From Macrostomum hystrix (taxonomy: Eukaryota > Animalia > Platyhelminthes): 64,000 nucleotides of DNA. Under the pieces are notes generated by a model, which did no database searches, had not been told where the DNA came from, and worked only from the letters and a program-made list of their open reading frames with translations. Positions 1-13,059 of this stretch are shown one piece after another; the stretch's first letter is position 1, and each line of letters starts with the position of its first letter. The stretch lies in contig CATNEN010000038.1 in the NCBI GenBank assembly GCA_950097015.1, positions 682,001 to 746,000 on the forward strand. Reading direction: 5' to 3'. Both the position numbers and the translations under genes were made by a program.

Positions 1-3000
1 CTCATGTCCCACTCTCTCTCCTCATGTCCCACTCTCTCTCCTCATGTCCCACTCTCTCTCCTCATGTCCCACTCTCTCTCCTCATGTCCGACTCTCTCTC
101 CTCATGTCCCACTCTCTCTCCTCATGTCCCACTCTCTCCTCATGTCCCACTCTCTCTCCTCATGTCCCACTCTCTCTCCTCATGTCCCACTCTCTCTCCT
201 CATGTCCCACTCTCTCTCCTCATGTCCCACTCTCTCCTCATGTCCCACTCTTTATCCTCATGTCCTACTCTCTCTCCTCATGTCCTACTCTCTCTCCTCA
301 TGTCCTACTCTCTCTCCTCATGTCCTACTCTCTCTCCTCATGTCCTACTCTCTCTCCTCATGTCCCACTCTCTCTCCTCATGTCCTACTCTCTCTCCTCA
401 TGTTCTACTCTCTCTCCTCATGTCCTACTCTCTCTCCTCATGTCCTACTCTCTCTCTCCTCATGTCCCACTCTCTCTCCTCATGTCCTACTCTCTCTCCT
501 CATGTCCTACTCTCTCTCCTCATGTCCCAATCTCTCTCCTCATGTCCCACTCTCTCCTCATGTCCCACTCTCTCTCCTCATGTCCCACTCTCTCTCCTCA
601 TGTCCCACTCTCTCTCCTCATGTCCCACTCTCTCTCCTCATGTCCGACTCTCTCTCCTCATGTCCCACTCTCTCTCCTCATGTCCCACTCTCTCCTCATG
701 TCCCACTCTCTCTCCTCATGTCCCACTCTCTCTCCTCATGTCCCACTCTCTCTCCTCATGTCCCACTCTCTCTCCTCATGTCCCACTCTCTCCTCATGTC
801 CCACTCTTTATCCTCATGTCCTACTCTCTCTCCTCATGTCCTACTCTCTCTCCTCATGTCCTACTCTCTCTCCTCATGTCCTACTCTCTCTCCTCATGTC
901 CGACTCTCTCTCCTCATGTCCGACTCTCTCCTCATGTCCCACTCTCTCCTCATGTCCTACTCTCTCTCCTCATGACCTACTCTCTCTCCTCATGTCCCAC
1001 TCTCTCCTCATGTCCTACTCTCTCTCCTCATGTCCCACTCTCTCTCCTCATGTCCGACTCTCTCTCTTCATGTCCGACTCTCTCCTCATGTCCCACTCTC
1101 TCCTCATGTCCTACTCTCTCTCCTCATGTCCCAATCTCTCTCCTCATGTCCCACTCTCTCCTCATGTCCCACTCTCTCTCCTCATGTCCCACTCTCTCTC
1201 CTCATGTCCCACTCTCTCTCCTCATGTCCCACTCTCTCTCCTCATGTCCGACTCTCTCTCCTCATGTCCCACTCTCTCTCCTCATGTCCCACTCTCTCCT
1301 CATGTCCCACTCTCTCTCCTCATGTCCCACTCTCTCTCCTCATGTCCCACTCTCTCTCCTCATGTCCCACTCTCTCTCCTCATGTCCCACTCTCTCCTCA
1401 TGTCCCACTCTTTATCCTCATGTCCTACTCTCTCTCCTCATGTCCTACTCTCTCTCCTCATGTCCTACTCTCTCTCCTCATGTCCTACTCTCTCTCCTCA
1501 TGTCCTACTCTCTCTCCTCATGTCCCACTCTCTCTCCTCATGTCCTACTCTCTCTCCTCATGTCCTACTCTCTCTCCTCATGTCCTACTCTCTCTCCTCA
1601 TGTTCTACTCTCTCTCCTCATGTTCTACTCTCTCTCCTCATGTCCTACTCTCTCCTCATGTCCTACCCTCTCCTCATGTCCTATTCTTCTCTCCTCTCTT
1701 CCCACTCTTCTCATTCCTCATGTCCTACTCTCTCTCCTCATGTCCTACTCTCTCTCCTTATGTCCTACTCTCTCTCCTCATGTCCTACTCTCTCTCCTCA
1801 TGTCCCACTCTCTCTCCTCATGTCCGACTCTCTCTCCTCATGTCCGACTCTCTCCTCATGTCCCACTCTCTCCTCATGTCCTACTCTCTCTCCTCATGTC
1901 CCACTCTCTCCTCATGTCCTACTCTCTCTCCTCATGTCCTACTCTCTCTCCTCATGTCCCACTCTCTCTCCTCATGTCCTACTCTCTCTCCTCATGTCCC
2001 ACTCTCTCCTCATGTCCTACTCTCTCTCCTCATGTCCTACTCTCTCTCCTCATGTTCTACTCTCTCTCCTCATGTCCTACTCTCTCTCCTCATGTCCTAC
2101 TCTCTCTCTCCTCATGTCCCACTCTCTCTCCTCATGTCCTACTCTCTCTCCTCATGTCCTACTCTCTCTCCTCATGTTCTACTCTCTCTCCTCATGTCCT
2201 ACTCTCTCCTCATGTCCTACTCTCTCCTCATGTCCTACCCTCTCCTCATGTCCTATTCTTCTCTCCTCTCTTCCCACTCTTCTCATTCCTCATGTCCTAC
2301 TCTCTCTCCTCATGTCCTACTCTCTCTCCTCATGTCCTACTCTCTCTCCTCATGTCCTACTCTCTCTCCTCATGTCCCACTCTCTCTCCTCATGTCCTAC
2401 TCTCTCTCCTCATGTCCCACTCTCTCCTCATGTCCTACTCTCTCTCCTCATGTCCTACTCTCTCTCCTCATGTTCTACTCTCTCTCCTCATGTCCTACTC
2501 TCTCTCCTCATGTCCTACTCTCTCTCTCCTCATGTCCCACTCTCTCTCCTCATGTCCTACTCTCTCTCCTCATGTCCTACTCTCTCTCCTCATGTTCTAC
2601 TCTCTCTCCTCATGTCCTACTCTCTCCTCATGTCCTACTCTCTCCTCATGTCCTACCCTCTCCTCATGTCCTATTCTTCTCTCCTCTCTTCCCACTCTTC
2701 TCATTCCTCATGTCCTACCCTCTCCTCATGTCCTATTCTTCTCTCCTCTCTTCCCACTCTTCTCATTCCTCATGTCCTACTCTCTCTCCTTATGTCCTAC
2801 TCTCTCTCCTCATGTCCTACTCTCTCTCCTCATGTCCCACTCTCTCTCCTCATGTCCTACTCTCTCTCCTCATGTCCTACTCTCTCTCCTCATGTCCTAC
2901 TCTCTCTCCTCATGTCCCACTCTCTCCTCATGTCCTACTCTCTCTCCTCATGTCCCACTCTCTCCTCATGTCCTACTCTCTCTCCTCATGTCCCACTCTC

Positions 3001-3458
3001 TCTCCTCATGTCCTATTCTTCTCTCCTCTCTTCCCACTCTCTCCTCATGTCCTACTCTCTCTCCTCATGTCCTACTCTCTCTCCTCATGTCCCACTCTCT
3101 CCTCATGTCCTACTCTCTCTCCTCATGTCCTACTCTCTCTCCTCATGTCCTACTCTCTCTCCTCATGTCCCACTCTCTCCTCATGTCCTACTCTCTCTCC
3201 TCATGTCCCACTCTCTCCTCATGTCCTACTCTCTCTCCTCATGTCCCACTCTCTCTCCTCATGTCCTATTCTTCTCTCCTCATGTCCCACTCTCTCCTCA
3301 TGTCCTACTCTCTCTCCTCATGTCCCAATCTCTCTCCTCATGTCCCACTCTCTCCTCATGTCCCACTCTCTCTCCTCATGTCCTACTCTCTCCTCATGTC
3401 CTATTCTTCTCTCCTCTCTTCCCACTCTTCTCATTCCTCATGTCCCTCTCTCTCCTCA
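1..3458. repeat. Satellite array, 20-bp unit CTCATGTCC(C/T)ACTCTCTCTC with 18/22-bp and longer variants; runs off the left edge
   Basis: Directly visible tandem units. The three long overlapping + ORFs are artefacts of a nearly stop-free unit. Confidence 0.98.
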
Positions 3459-4363
3459 TTTTTAAACCTCTTCTTATTTTCCACCCTCTCCTAGTGTCCC
3501 ATTGCAAAATATATACCCTTTTCCGTATTTCCTAATATCTCATTCTTGCCTCCTTTCTAACTTTGCGCTTTTTAGAACATTTTTTTATGAGCTACTTTAT
3601 GAGAAGATGCATGTTTTTATTAGTTATTTAGATAAAGTTATGCGTTACAATAAATTATTAGTTTTTTTTTATGTATTATTTGTATGCGTGCGTTTGCGCA
3701 TAACTTATATTTCTCACTTTGTGGAGAAATACTTTCTGACTTTCTCACTTGACATATGTGGCCGATATGTATTGAAAAAATTATATTTAGTTGTTTTTCT
3801 TTATCACAGACAGCAGATGTTGTATTTTATTGTCCTTAATTTAAGAAAATAAAGTCGTTTATTTTATCTAGTTTTTTAAAACATCGTTTTTTACCAAAAT
3901 ACATCTTTCAAATTACTTTTAAAAAAGAATATAAAATAACAAGGTATAATTTTTTAAATCACTCTAAATCTGCTGTCTTTTCACAATCTGTATTAAACCA
4001 CAACGTTAATAAAGATCATATGATTCAATCAATGAAATAAGAACTGAAGCGATATAATATCGTAATATTAAAAAATGAAGGAATATATTACGTCTTTCTT
4101 GATATAACTGAATAAATGAAAGAATCTAATTGCGTACGTTATAAAGGATGTAGTCGACTAAAGCCGGGTGACTTTATTCATACATTTATTCTACTCAAAG
4201 TAGCTTGCCCGCTAAAATAAACAAGGCATGCAAATGTCTTACATATGCATGCTTATGTTTATGTCTTCCATAAAAATATGTCTATGCAAATTAAAGTCCA
4301 AGAATAATTGCAAAGACAAAAGCTACCAAAAGTACAACTATTTTCTTCGATAAAAATATGAAT

Positions 4364-4446
4364 TGCCAGAAGTGGGGTTCGAACCCACGCGGGCGCTTGC
4401 CCAGTGGATCTTAAGTCCACCGCCTTAACCTCTCGGCCATCCTGGC
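4364..4446 (-). tRNA. tRNA-Leu-TAA: tRNA-Leu (anticodon UAA), intronless, long variable arm
   Basis: Reverse complement GCCAGGATGGCCGAGAGGTTAAGGCGGTGGACTTAAGATCCACTGGGCAAGCGCCCGCGTGGGTTCGAACCCCACTTCTGGCA. It has A box, B box (GGTTCGAACCC), anticodon stem GTGGA/TCCAC around CT-TAA-GA, and a T5 Pol III terminator just downstream (4352-4356). Confidence 0.97.
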
Positions 4447-5520
4447 TTCCTAGAAAGGTGGCAGTGTGCCTTTTTAAACATATTTGCAAAAAATCGTTAC
4501 ATTTGTATTAATTAATGCTGTATTGGCACAGCAGCCGGGAGTCCAAGAATTTTTTAATCTGCTCTTCTGTTGCCTGTTGTTCTTTTTAATTTTTGTAAGC
4601 TTTTACTTTGCGTATCAGAAATTTCAGAAATAAGTGTATTCATTTTCTCAAAATGAAAGTATTTCTTTTGGGAAGTTTTGACCTTAGCTTAACAACAAAA
4701 CAAGTATTTACCGAAGTTTCAGTGAATTTTCATTGTTTTATTTTTATGATTATTAGAAACTGTTTTGCAGCACATGTAAAAAATAAAATCGTAATAAGTT
4801 ACTCAAAACATACTCAAAGCTATTCGCTCGATTGCTCACTGGTATCAAAAGTTAGCTAGGGTCTGACTCTTTACAAAAATTATGAAACAAACAAAGTTTG
4901 AAAGTAGTATGATAAGCGCTTATCGTCGTGTTTGAGTGTAAAATGCAGAGACAAGATTGCATTGCCCTAATCTTCTACCTGGAGCCTCACACAGCAATTG
5001 TTTAATTTATATGCAGACAAAGAATTTGAGTCAATACTGTGACAGTAAGCAATAAAATAATCTTGACTCTAACTATGAGCGAGTCTGCAACGACTCAAAC
5101 ACGCCCATTATGTTAATTTCTTGCTATTTAGATTATTGCAACGCATTCAGACAACGACAAAAAAGGCTTTTATGACGAAGACAAAAGAAAATTGGAACAT
5201 CAGATACGTAGAGACTGAGAGAGAGAGAGAGTATACTGGATGGCCCTTAGACCCTGCATATATAGTTGGAGTCTATGCACACACATGTGCATTCACAATA
5301 TATATTTGTGTAAATGGTCATTATCATTATACTATCACGACAAACAATAGACCTCTCGAAACTCACAGCCGACCAAGATGTATAAATTTAAAATAAACTG
5401 CATGCTTTGGCATATATACATTCTTTCTAAAAGGGAATTTGTTTAACACTCAGCTCACCACGCCAACACAAACGAACCAATATATAGCAAACCATCTACT
5501 GCTTATTCGAAAAACCATCC

Positions 5521-7155
5521 ATGGCTCGTGGACCCACATACGGACTTGACCTAGAGCTAGCCAGGAAGGTAAAGTAGATCCGTTCGGGACTTGACCTAGA
5601 GCTAGCCAGGAAGGTAAAGTAGATCCGTTCGGGACTTGACCTAGAGCTAGCCAGGAAGGTAAAGTAGATCCGTTCGGGACTTGACCTAGAGCTAGCCAGG
5701 AAGGTAAAGTAGATCCGTTCGGGACTTGACCTAGAGCTAGCCAGGAAGGTAAAGTAGATCCGTTCGGGACTTGACCTAGAGCTAGCCAGGAAGGTAAAGT
5801 AGATCCGTTCGGGACTTGACCTAGAGCTAGCCAGGAAGGTAAAGTAGATCCGTTCGGGACTTGACCTAGAGCTGAGCTAGCTAGGAAAGTAAAGTAGATC
5901 CCTTCGGGACTTGACCTAGAGCTAGCTAGGAAGGTAAAGTAAATCCCTTCGGGACTTACCTGCCTCTGAGTAACTGAACTCTATTCAAACTGTCACTCAC
6001 TGCTCACATCAGTAGGTGAGAGTGACTCAACCTAACCCATTTTAAATCTGAGCAGTTGAACTCCAAGTATGACACCGCAGCAGAGGCCGAGGCAGTGGCA
6101 TGGATCAACGCTGTTCTGCCGGACGCTGCTGTGCCAACCGGGCGCAAAGAACTTCAAGCGGCGCTGAAGAGCGGCGTCGTGCTGGTGAAGCTGATGAACT
6201 GCCTGCTGGCTGACTCGCCCAACCTCACTGAGGAGGCTCAGAAGATCAAGCAGCCATTAACCTACTCAACTATGAGCACACCCTTCAAGCAGATGGAAAA
6301 CATCGAGGTAAACGTCAATAAAATAGTTTATTTCAGGCCAGGACTTAAAATCGAACAATCTGGCTTTTTTAATTGCAGAAATTTTTGACCGCAGCCGCAG
6401 CTTATGGAGTGCCAAAGGCCAGCCTATTCCAAACTGTTGACCTGTTCGAGGGCCGAAACATGGGGCAGGTGGTCACCTCTCTCCTGCAGCTGGGTACTGA
6501 GGTAAGTCACACACATGAGCATGCATGTAAGCGGTTCAACTTATTTTGATACGTATAGGCAGACAACTCTAAAAAAGGATTTTGGCAATACAAAATATAA
6601 GTATCGTTTCATTTCTTAACCTACCGGCTTACAAATAATTTACTTTATAACTTTCATCGCACACAGGTTAACTACAAGTGTTAAAGTGTACTAATTTCAT
6701 ACTTCATACTTCACACTTCACACCCACAATTTCATGTGTGGGTGTACACTTCAATTTTTCGATACAAATCGGAAAATATACTTATTAGCGAGCTACTGAA
6801 CCTATTGGCAAATCGATGCAATCAATATTTTTATACATATAGGCTTATTGATAAGTTAACTTTTTTTATACATATCGGCTAATTAATGCTCTACACACTT
6901 TCGGTGCGTTTAAACGATTTAAAAAAATCAAGAAGCTCTAGCTTTCTAGCTTTTTTCCAGTGCCAAAGAAGTGGCTCCGCCGGGCCAGTCTGCGGGCCGA
7001 AGCCGGCGCAGAAGAATCAGCGCCACTTTACTGACGAGCAGCTCCGATCATCCGATGGCGTCATCGGCCTCCAAATGGGCCTGAGCCAGAAACAGTCGGC
7101 TAATCAGAGCGGCATGAGTTTCGGCGCAAAGCGGCACATTGCTGATTCACACTGA
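5521..7155 (+). CDS. Transgelin/Mp20/myophilin-like calponin-family protein (CH domain + calponin repeat), about 205 aa, 4 exons
   Basis: Exons 5521-5568, 6056-6307, 6379-6501, 6961-7155, all GT-AG and phase-consistent. Motifs: RGPTYGL..LNSKYD, ALKSGVVLVKLMN, FKQMENIEKFL..YGV...LFQTVDLFEGRNMGQV, C-terminal IGLQMG...ANQSGMSFGAKRHI. Confidence 0.93.
5542..5958 (+). repeat. 45-bp tandem repeat (about 9 copies) spanning the exon 1 3' end and splice donor of the calponin-family gene
   Basis: Unit GGGACTTGACCTAGAGCTAGCCAGGAAG|GTAAAGTAGATCCGTTC. Confidence 0.95.
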
Positions 7156-7279
7156 GCCGGCGCTTCTGTGTGAATGATTCGCGTGATTTTCACTTTTGGT
7201 GCAACTGTCCGTTCAATACGTTCAATATCGATTTCCCGGGATTTGACTCCACGGCAGAGAACGGCAACCTCATATTTAA

Positions 7280-8245
7280 GACAGGGGAGCGATGAGACAG
7301 TGGAGAGATGAGACAGTGGAGAGATGAGACAGTGGAGAGATGAGACAGTGGAGAGATGAGACAGTGGAGATGAGACAGTGGAGAGATGAGACAGTGGAGA
7401 TGAGACAGTGGAGAGATGAGACAGTGGAGAGATGAGATAAGAAAGGGGGCAGATGAGACAGTGGAGAGATGAGACAGTGGATAGATAAGATAAGAAAGGG
7501 GGCAGATGAGACATTGGAGAGATGAGACAGGGGAGAGATGAGACAGGGGAGAGATGAGACAGGGGAGAGATGAGACAGGGGAGAGATGAGACAGTGGAGA
7601 GATGAGACAGTGGAGAGATGAGACAGTGGAGAGATGAGACAGGGGAGAGATGAGACAGGGGAGAGATGAGACAGGGGAGAGATGAGACAGTGGAGAGATG
7701 AGACAGTGGAGAGATGAGACAGTGGAGAGATGAGGCAGTGGAGAGATGAGACAGTGGAGAGATAAGATAAGAAAGAGGGCAGATGAGACAGTGGAGAGAT
7801 GAGACAGTGGAGAGATGAGATAAGAAAGGGGGCAGATGAGACAGTGGAGAGATGAGACAGTGGATAGATAAGATAAGAAAGGGGGCAGATGAGACATTGG
7901 AGAGATGAGACAGGGGAGAGATGAGACAGGGGAGAGATGAGACAGGGGAGAGATGAGACAGGGGAGAGATGAGACAGTGGAGAGATGAGACAGTGGAGAG
8001 ATGAGACAGTGGAGAGATGAGACAGGGGAGAGATGAGACAGGGGAGAGATGAGACAGGGGAGAGATGAGACAGTGGAGAGATGAGACAGTGGAGAGATGA
8101 GACAGTGGAGAGATGAGGCAGTGGAGAGATGAGACAGTGGAGAGATAAGATAAGAAAGAGGGCAGATGAGACAGGGGAGAGATGAGACAGGCGAGAGATG
8201 AGACAGGAGAGAGATGAGATAGGGGAGAGGGAGAGATGAGATATG
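7280..8245. repeat. Minisatellite, 16-bp unit GAGATGAGACAG(T/G)GGA with interspersed variant blocks
   Basis: Directly visible; explains the minus-strand repetitive ORFs at 7190-8467. Confidence 0.96.
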
Positions 8246-9163
8246 GGAAAGTTGAGGCATAGGAGGAAAGAGTCGGTGAATAGTATGTGTTGGAAGGAGC
8301 CAGTAGCTGTATTTGGGTGACTCGAGGGTCCTATCAAACCCGTGGTCCGGAGGATGCCAAGCCTTGCACCACTGCCTACTAATATTATCTTGAAAGTAGT
8401 AATTTAAGCGTTTGTTAGGCGTTTGCTTTCGAAATTTGCGTGAAAAAAATCTAAAAAATGAGTGCACTCTATTATGATTGGAAGAATTCGATAATTAGAG
8501 TTTGAGTTCTGTATTGTTATAAAAACGTAGACGTGGAACAGTGCAACAATGCACGCGAGATCTTCTAATGCAGGTTTGCGAAATCATTTTCATGATTCAG
8601 TTATGGAATTATTGTTCTACGTACAGAGTCCCTTGTTACTTTTTACCTGTTCTAACAAAGTTTCACCTGCTCTAATTAGCGTTCAGCTGCTTATTTGAGT
8701 GCCAACCTGTTCTACAAGCGTAATTAGTGTTCTGAATAGTTTGCACGAGTTCTACTTAGAACCTGTTCGCCTGTTCTGATGAATTTGTATCGGTTCTAAA
8801 AGGTATTCACCTCATTTGTATTGAGTTTTCACCTTTCCTATTGATGACTGGGAATATCTTATTATTGAAGTCAAAGGAGATTAGGCAAAAGCACAAAGAC
8901 CTTTTTGGTCTCAACTGAAGTTGAGGTGCATTTTTTCATTTTATTTTAACCTGTGCAACTAAAGAAATCAAATCAGTAAAAAACTTGCAAATGAGGAATG
9001 ATTTGAAATCGAGGAAAAAACTAGTATGGTTCGAAATAAAAATTAGAAGAACAAAACGCGCATAAGATAGAAGAACAGAGTTCAAAGCTTAGTTATCGAT
9101 TAGTTATCGATTAGTTATCGATTATTCATTTCATTCCGAGTATTAGCTCTGTAGATCATTCCT

Positions 9164-9493
9164 TCAGTGCTTGAGCACAGCCGTCAGCAGGGCCAGGGAC
9201 GCCGTGAGCAGAGCGGCGCTGACGCCGAACTGCTTCGGGGCCGAGTTGCACAGATCGGTGCTGCAGCACCAGGAGTTGCTGCTGGAGACGCACAGTAAGC
9301 TGGCGGAGCGGCTTATAATGCCGGCCACGTCAGTCTTTGTGCAGTAGGTACTAGAGAGAGTTGCCGTGCTGGACGACACAGAGTTGCAGTTGATGCAGGA
9401 GTAGCAGTTGACGGCATTCGCTGGCGCAGCCAGAAGGCAGGCGGTGGCCGTCAGGGCGATGATAAAGAGGCCGGTTTGTTTAGCGAACTGCAT
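9164..9493 (-). CDS. Ly6/uPAR (three-finger) GPI-anchored protein, paralog 1, intronless, about 109 aa
   Basis: MQFAKQ... signal peptide; domain VNCYSCINC..YCTK..RSASLLC..CCSTDLCN; hydrophobic C-terminal tail. TATAAATA on the minus strand near 9583-9590. The longer ORF start at 9790 is unlikely. Confidence 0.88.
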   Translation of the reverse strand: MQFAKQTGLFIIALTATACLLAAPANAVNCYSCINCNSVSSSTATLSSTYCTKTDVAGIISRSASLLCVSSSNSWCCSTDLCNSAPKQFGVSAALLTASLALLTAVLKH

Positions 9494-11354
9494 CTTTGGC
9501 TTCGGCTTGAGTCGGCGATTCGCTTGGAGAATTTCAGGTCTTCGGGTCACGCTGCCTTTCAAAGCGGATGGGCGCTCTATGATATTTATAGGCCATCTAT
9601 AACTTCCCACCCCACTCCGGTAACCAACTTTAGGCCGCTCCATCCACCTATCTCCCACTCCAATCCCGGCAGTTGCAGAGTCGCCCGTGGCAACCGCTCC
9701 TGCCGTTGCTAGCCTGATGCGACCCCGTTGCGTTAAAGAAAAAATGCTTCCGCTTCTGCTGCAGATTAACAAAAGAGAAGTCTGAAACAAAGGAAAATGC
9801 TACTCAATAATGCGCATGGTTTCTACCTTGACTGAGGCTACCTGCCTGTTGGACACAAATTGCGAAGGCAGTTTTAAAGCACTTTTACCTGCAAGGCACC
9901 TGTCAACTACCTGTTAAAAGGCGCCTGTTAACAGTCACCCCAAAACCTGGCACTAAACTCCAAATTCTTTGACTCCCTACTAACCAGTGCCAGGAACAGG
10001 AGTTTACAATGCAGAGAAAAGTTACTCTATTCTGTACAGGGCCCAATTGACAACTGCATTTACAAAAGCAGCCGTCACTCCCAACCAGCCGGCTCATCTC
10101 TGCCATCCCAGTCTTCTATTCTCTCGCTCTCCAAGGAATTTTTACTACAGAAAGCGGTAGGTGAGGCGGTGGGCAGTGCGACTGTGTTCCAGGAATCGCA
10201 TGCGAAGGTGTCTATGCTGATATTGTCTATTGAAGGCGTGGAACAGCAACTTTTCACCGCGTCGTCATAGTAACAGAGTCAAAGCCAAGCCCCATCCACT
10301 CACCTTGGCCTCAGGCTTTTTTAACGACTCATTGTGCTGATCCACTGACTCAGAAGGGGGAAAGAAAAAGCGGATTTCGCACAAGTGCACTTCCTATGGC
10401 TCATTGTAATTTTCACAGCCTGTATCAAGGTACGGCCGTACACCGCCTCTTCTCACAATGAAAATTGTGCTTAGGTTTTATAGGTCATGACTCATTTCCC
10501 TCAATTAAGCAAGTTTGACCGCAATTATTCCTAAACTAATTTTTAGCATAGTTATCCAAAACCATAATTACCGATACGTTGAATGGGTTGTGTGAACTTT
10601 TCACCAAACCTCTGGACTTTTAAACATAGAATCTGAATTGGAGGCTGCATGCCCTGGTGCAGAGTGTTGCGGCTTTATTGGGCCTTCTGTCCAAGCCAAC
10701 TTCCAGACTCGTGATATCTAGTTTCTACAACTCCAATGGCTACTAAAGTACACAAAGATGCATATAAAATGTGTTACCAGTTAAGCTGTACAATCGTCCC
10801 AAGTGTAAATCGGCGAAATAATCGATAGTAGCGAGTGAGGTCAAGTGGGCACGAAAGACTGGACCCAACTGGCTTTTTAGCAACTAGGTTACCTCATGCT
10901 CCCAAAATCAGGTGGCGATCCATCCTGTGTAATCGCCTTTAAAACTTTTTTTTCTGAATGACTCTAATTCTTCTCCAAAGTCTAGCTTTGTCGCTTAGCA
11001 ACCGGCCCTGTGCTTTAATTATTCAAGGAGAGAAATTTCGCCTCAATGGATTTCCTTTACAAGAGTTTTGTTAAGCTTTGTGCCCTTGTGTGTCACTAGC
11101 TTCACAATCTTTAGAAATTCCCTGAGACCCGTTTCAGAAATTTCGTTTGCTATGCTACAGAGTCTACTGCAAATAGTATTTTTATGTTGCCCACTGCTGT
11201 TTTTCTATAACTAGTAATATAACATTTGCTTGACGCTCGTGGAGAATAAAGGTTGGTAAAATTTTGGGTGCCCTTATTAACTAGTTTTCAATGGTACTTG
11301 CGTATTCACGTACTTAAGTACTCGCGTACTTGCATAGTTGAGTACTCGCTTGCT

Positions 11355-11670
11355 TGCATACTTTCGTACTTGCGTACTTGCGTACTTGCGTACTTGCGTA
11401 CTTGCGTACTTGCGTACTTGCGTACTTGCGTACTTGCGTACTTGCGTACTTGCGTACTTGCGTACTTGCGTACTTGCGTACTTGCGTACTTGCGTACTTG
11501 CGTACTTGCGTACTTGCGTATTTTCGTACTTGCGAACTTGCGTACTTGCGTATTTTCGTACTTGCGAACTTGCGTACTTGCGAACTTGCGTACTTTCGTA
11601 CTTTCGTACTTGCTTACTTTCGTACTTGCATACTTGCATACTTGCGAACTTGCGTATTTGCGCACTTGCG
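11355..11670. repeat. 8-bp repeat (GTACTTGC)n with degenerate flanks
   Basis: Directly visible. Confidence 0.97.
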
Positions 11671-12030
11671 TTACGGGTATTCGCGACAAGTTATATCAGA
11701 AAATCTAAGAGCAAGGAATTTTAGCTACATAACATGGCAAACAGTTAAGGGCGTCTCAGGCGTCTGTATGTTGATATTCTATGGACTATTATATGATATT
11801 CTATTGCGTCTATGGACTAACCTGTTCAATGAACTCGCGTATAATCAGCGTAACCTCCGTTCCTCTATGACCTGTCTGTTCTGACATAGTCTCATACATC
11901 GCTCGTTGTGTCACTCAGAAGATTGAAAGTTCTTCGAAGATGGCCAACGACAAAAGTATCAATATATATATTTACATGCATGTGCACATTTGTAGATTTG
12001 AATATTTGTCTTCCACAGTCCTCAATAGAG

Positions 12031-12054
12031 CTACAGAAACAGAAACGCCAGCAA

Positions 12055-12085
<31 letters not shown>

Positions 12086-12369
12086 GATGACGGCATCAGC
12101 CGATCAGTGGTATTGCAGTAGTCCGTCTGGCAGCAGAATGACTCAGACGAGGCGAAACACAAGCTGGTGGCGAACCTGGACACCACGTTGCCAGTGGTGA
12201 CCTTGGCGCACCAGACCCCCCGCTCCGTGGCCATGCCGGAGATGCTGGCGCCGTCACAGTTGCTGCACTTAAAACAAGTCACCGCGGTTGACTTGACCGT
12301 TGCACACAGAAGAATTGTTGACATTAGCAACGCTGTTGCCACGAAGGGGAAAGGTAATGCTCGGCGCAT
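12031..12369 (-). CDS. Ly6/uPAR GPI-anchored protein, paralog 2, intronless, 112 aa
   Basis: Signal peptide; VTCFKCSNC..WCAK..RFATSLC..CCQTDYCN; poly-Leu tail encoded by a CTG/TTG run. Confidence 0.88.
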
Positions 12370-12780
12370 GATCCAGTGCTTTGCTCAGTACTGTTTCAAT
12401 GCCTTCCTGACATCAGGGCATACTTAAATGCTTTTATTTTTTAGCCTCATGCGGGCTTTCAGAAAGGAATTTTCCCAGCTCGCAGGTCTAGGAGGCAGCG
12501 AAAGCGGCATATTGTTACCTGGCTTCAATCAGATGTGATACACAAAACAATACGCATGCAGCACAATGGCCATTGTGCGTCGCTTAAATCATATAGCTCT
12601 CAGCAACTGACGTGGCTCTCTTTCTAACAGCGCTTCAGAGGCTCAAAATCCACGAAGAGACAAAAGAGCTCATTTGAACCACAAATTGGGACCAATAAAT
12701 AATTTTCTGTTTAGTTTCTGTTTAGTTTATTTTCTGTTCTGTTTAGCAGTTATGAGATTTGAAAAAAATATTTACTTTTG

Positions 12781-12995
12781 TGTGGCGACCGCTCTCTCCA
12801 GCGCCCTGCGTGGTGCTGGGGCGGCCACCCCAACCTTAGGTTTTGACTAGCACTTGCGCTGGGCCGGGGCAGTGTGCATTGGGCTTAAGCTCATGTACAC
12901 GCGCCGGCCTATAAATCACTATCTTTTTGAACGCGCTGCACTTAATCTGTTCTCCGCCAAATAAAATTAAACATTACGCGGCTGCAATCGCCACA
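12781..12995 (+). mobile_element. Probable solo LTR (215 bp)
   Basis: Inverted termini TGTGGCGA...TCGCCACA; internal TATAAAT (about 12910) and AATAAA (about 12960); flanks TTTG/TTAG give an imperfect 4-bp TSD. Confidence 0.65.
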
Positions 12996-13059
12996 TTAGC
13001 AGATTTACGAGTATTCTACAGCTATCTCCTCGTCATCATATTCAATGTGCTAGTCTTCC

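Noticed and set aside
4-3535. Very long ORFs (up to 1163 aa) in all three + frames
   Set aside because: They are translations of a 20-bp satellite with almost no stops. The same applies to ORFs over the arrays near 7.3-8.2, 11.3-11.7, 14.6-15.0, 41.9-42.6, 43.5-44.0 and 48.8-49.1 kb.
5542-5958. Regular repeats that might suggest a CRISPR array
   Set aside because: There are no unique spacers, no cas genes, and the context is eukaryotic.
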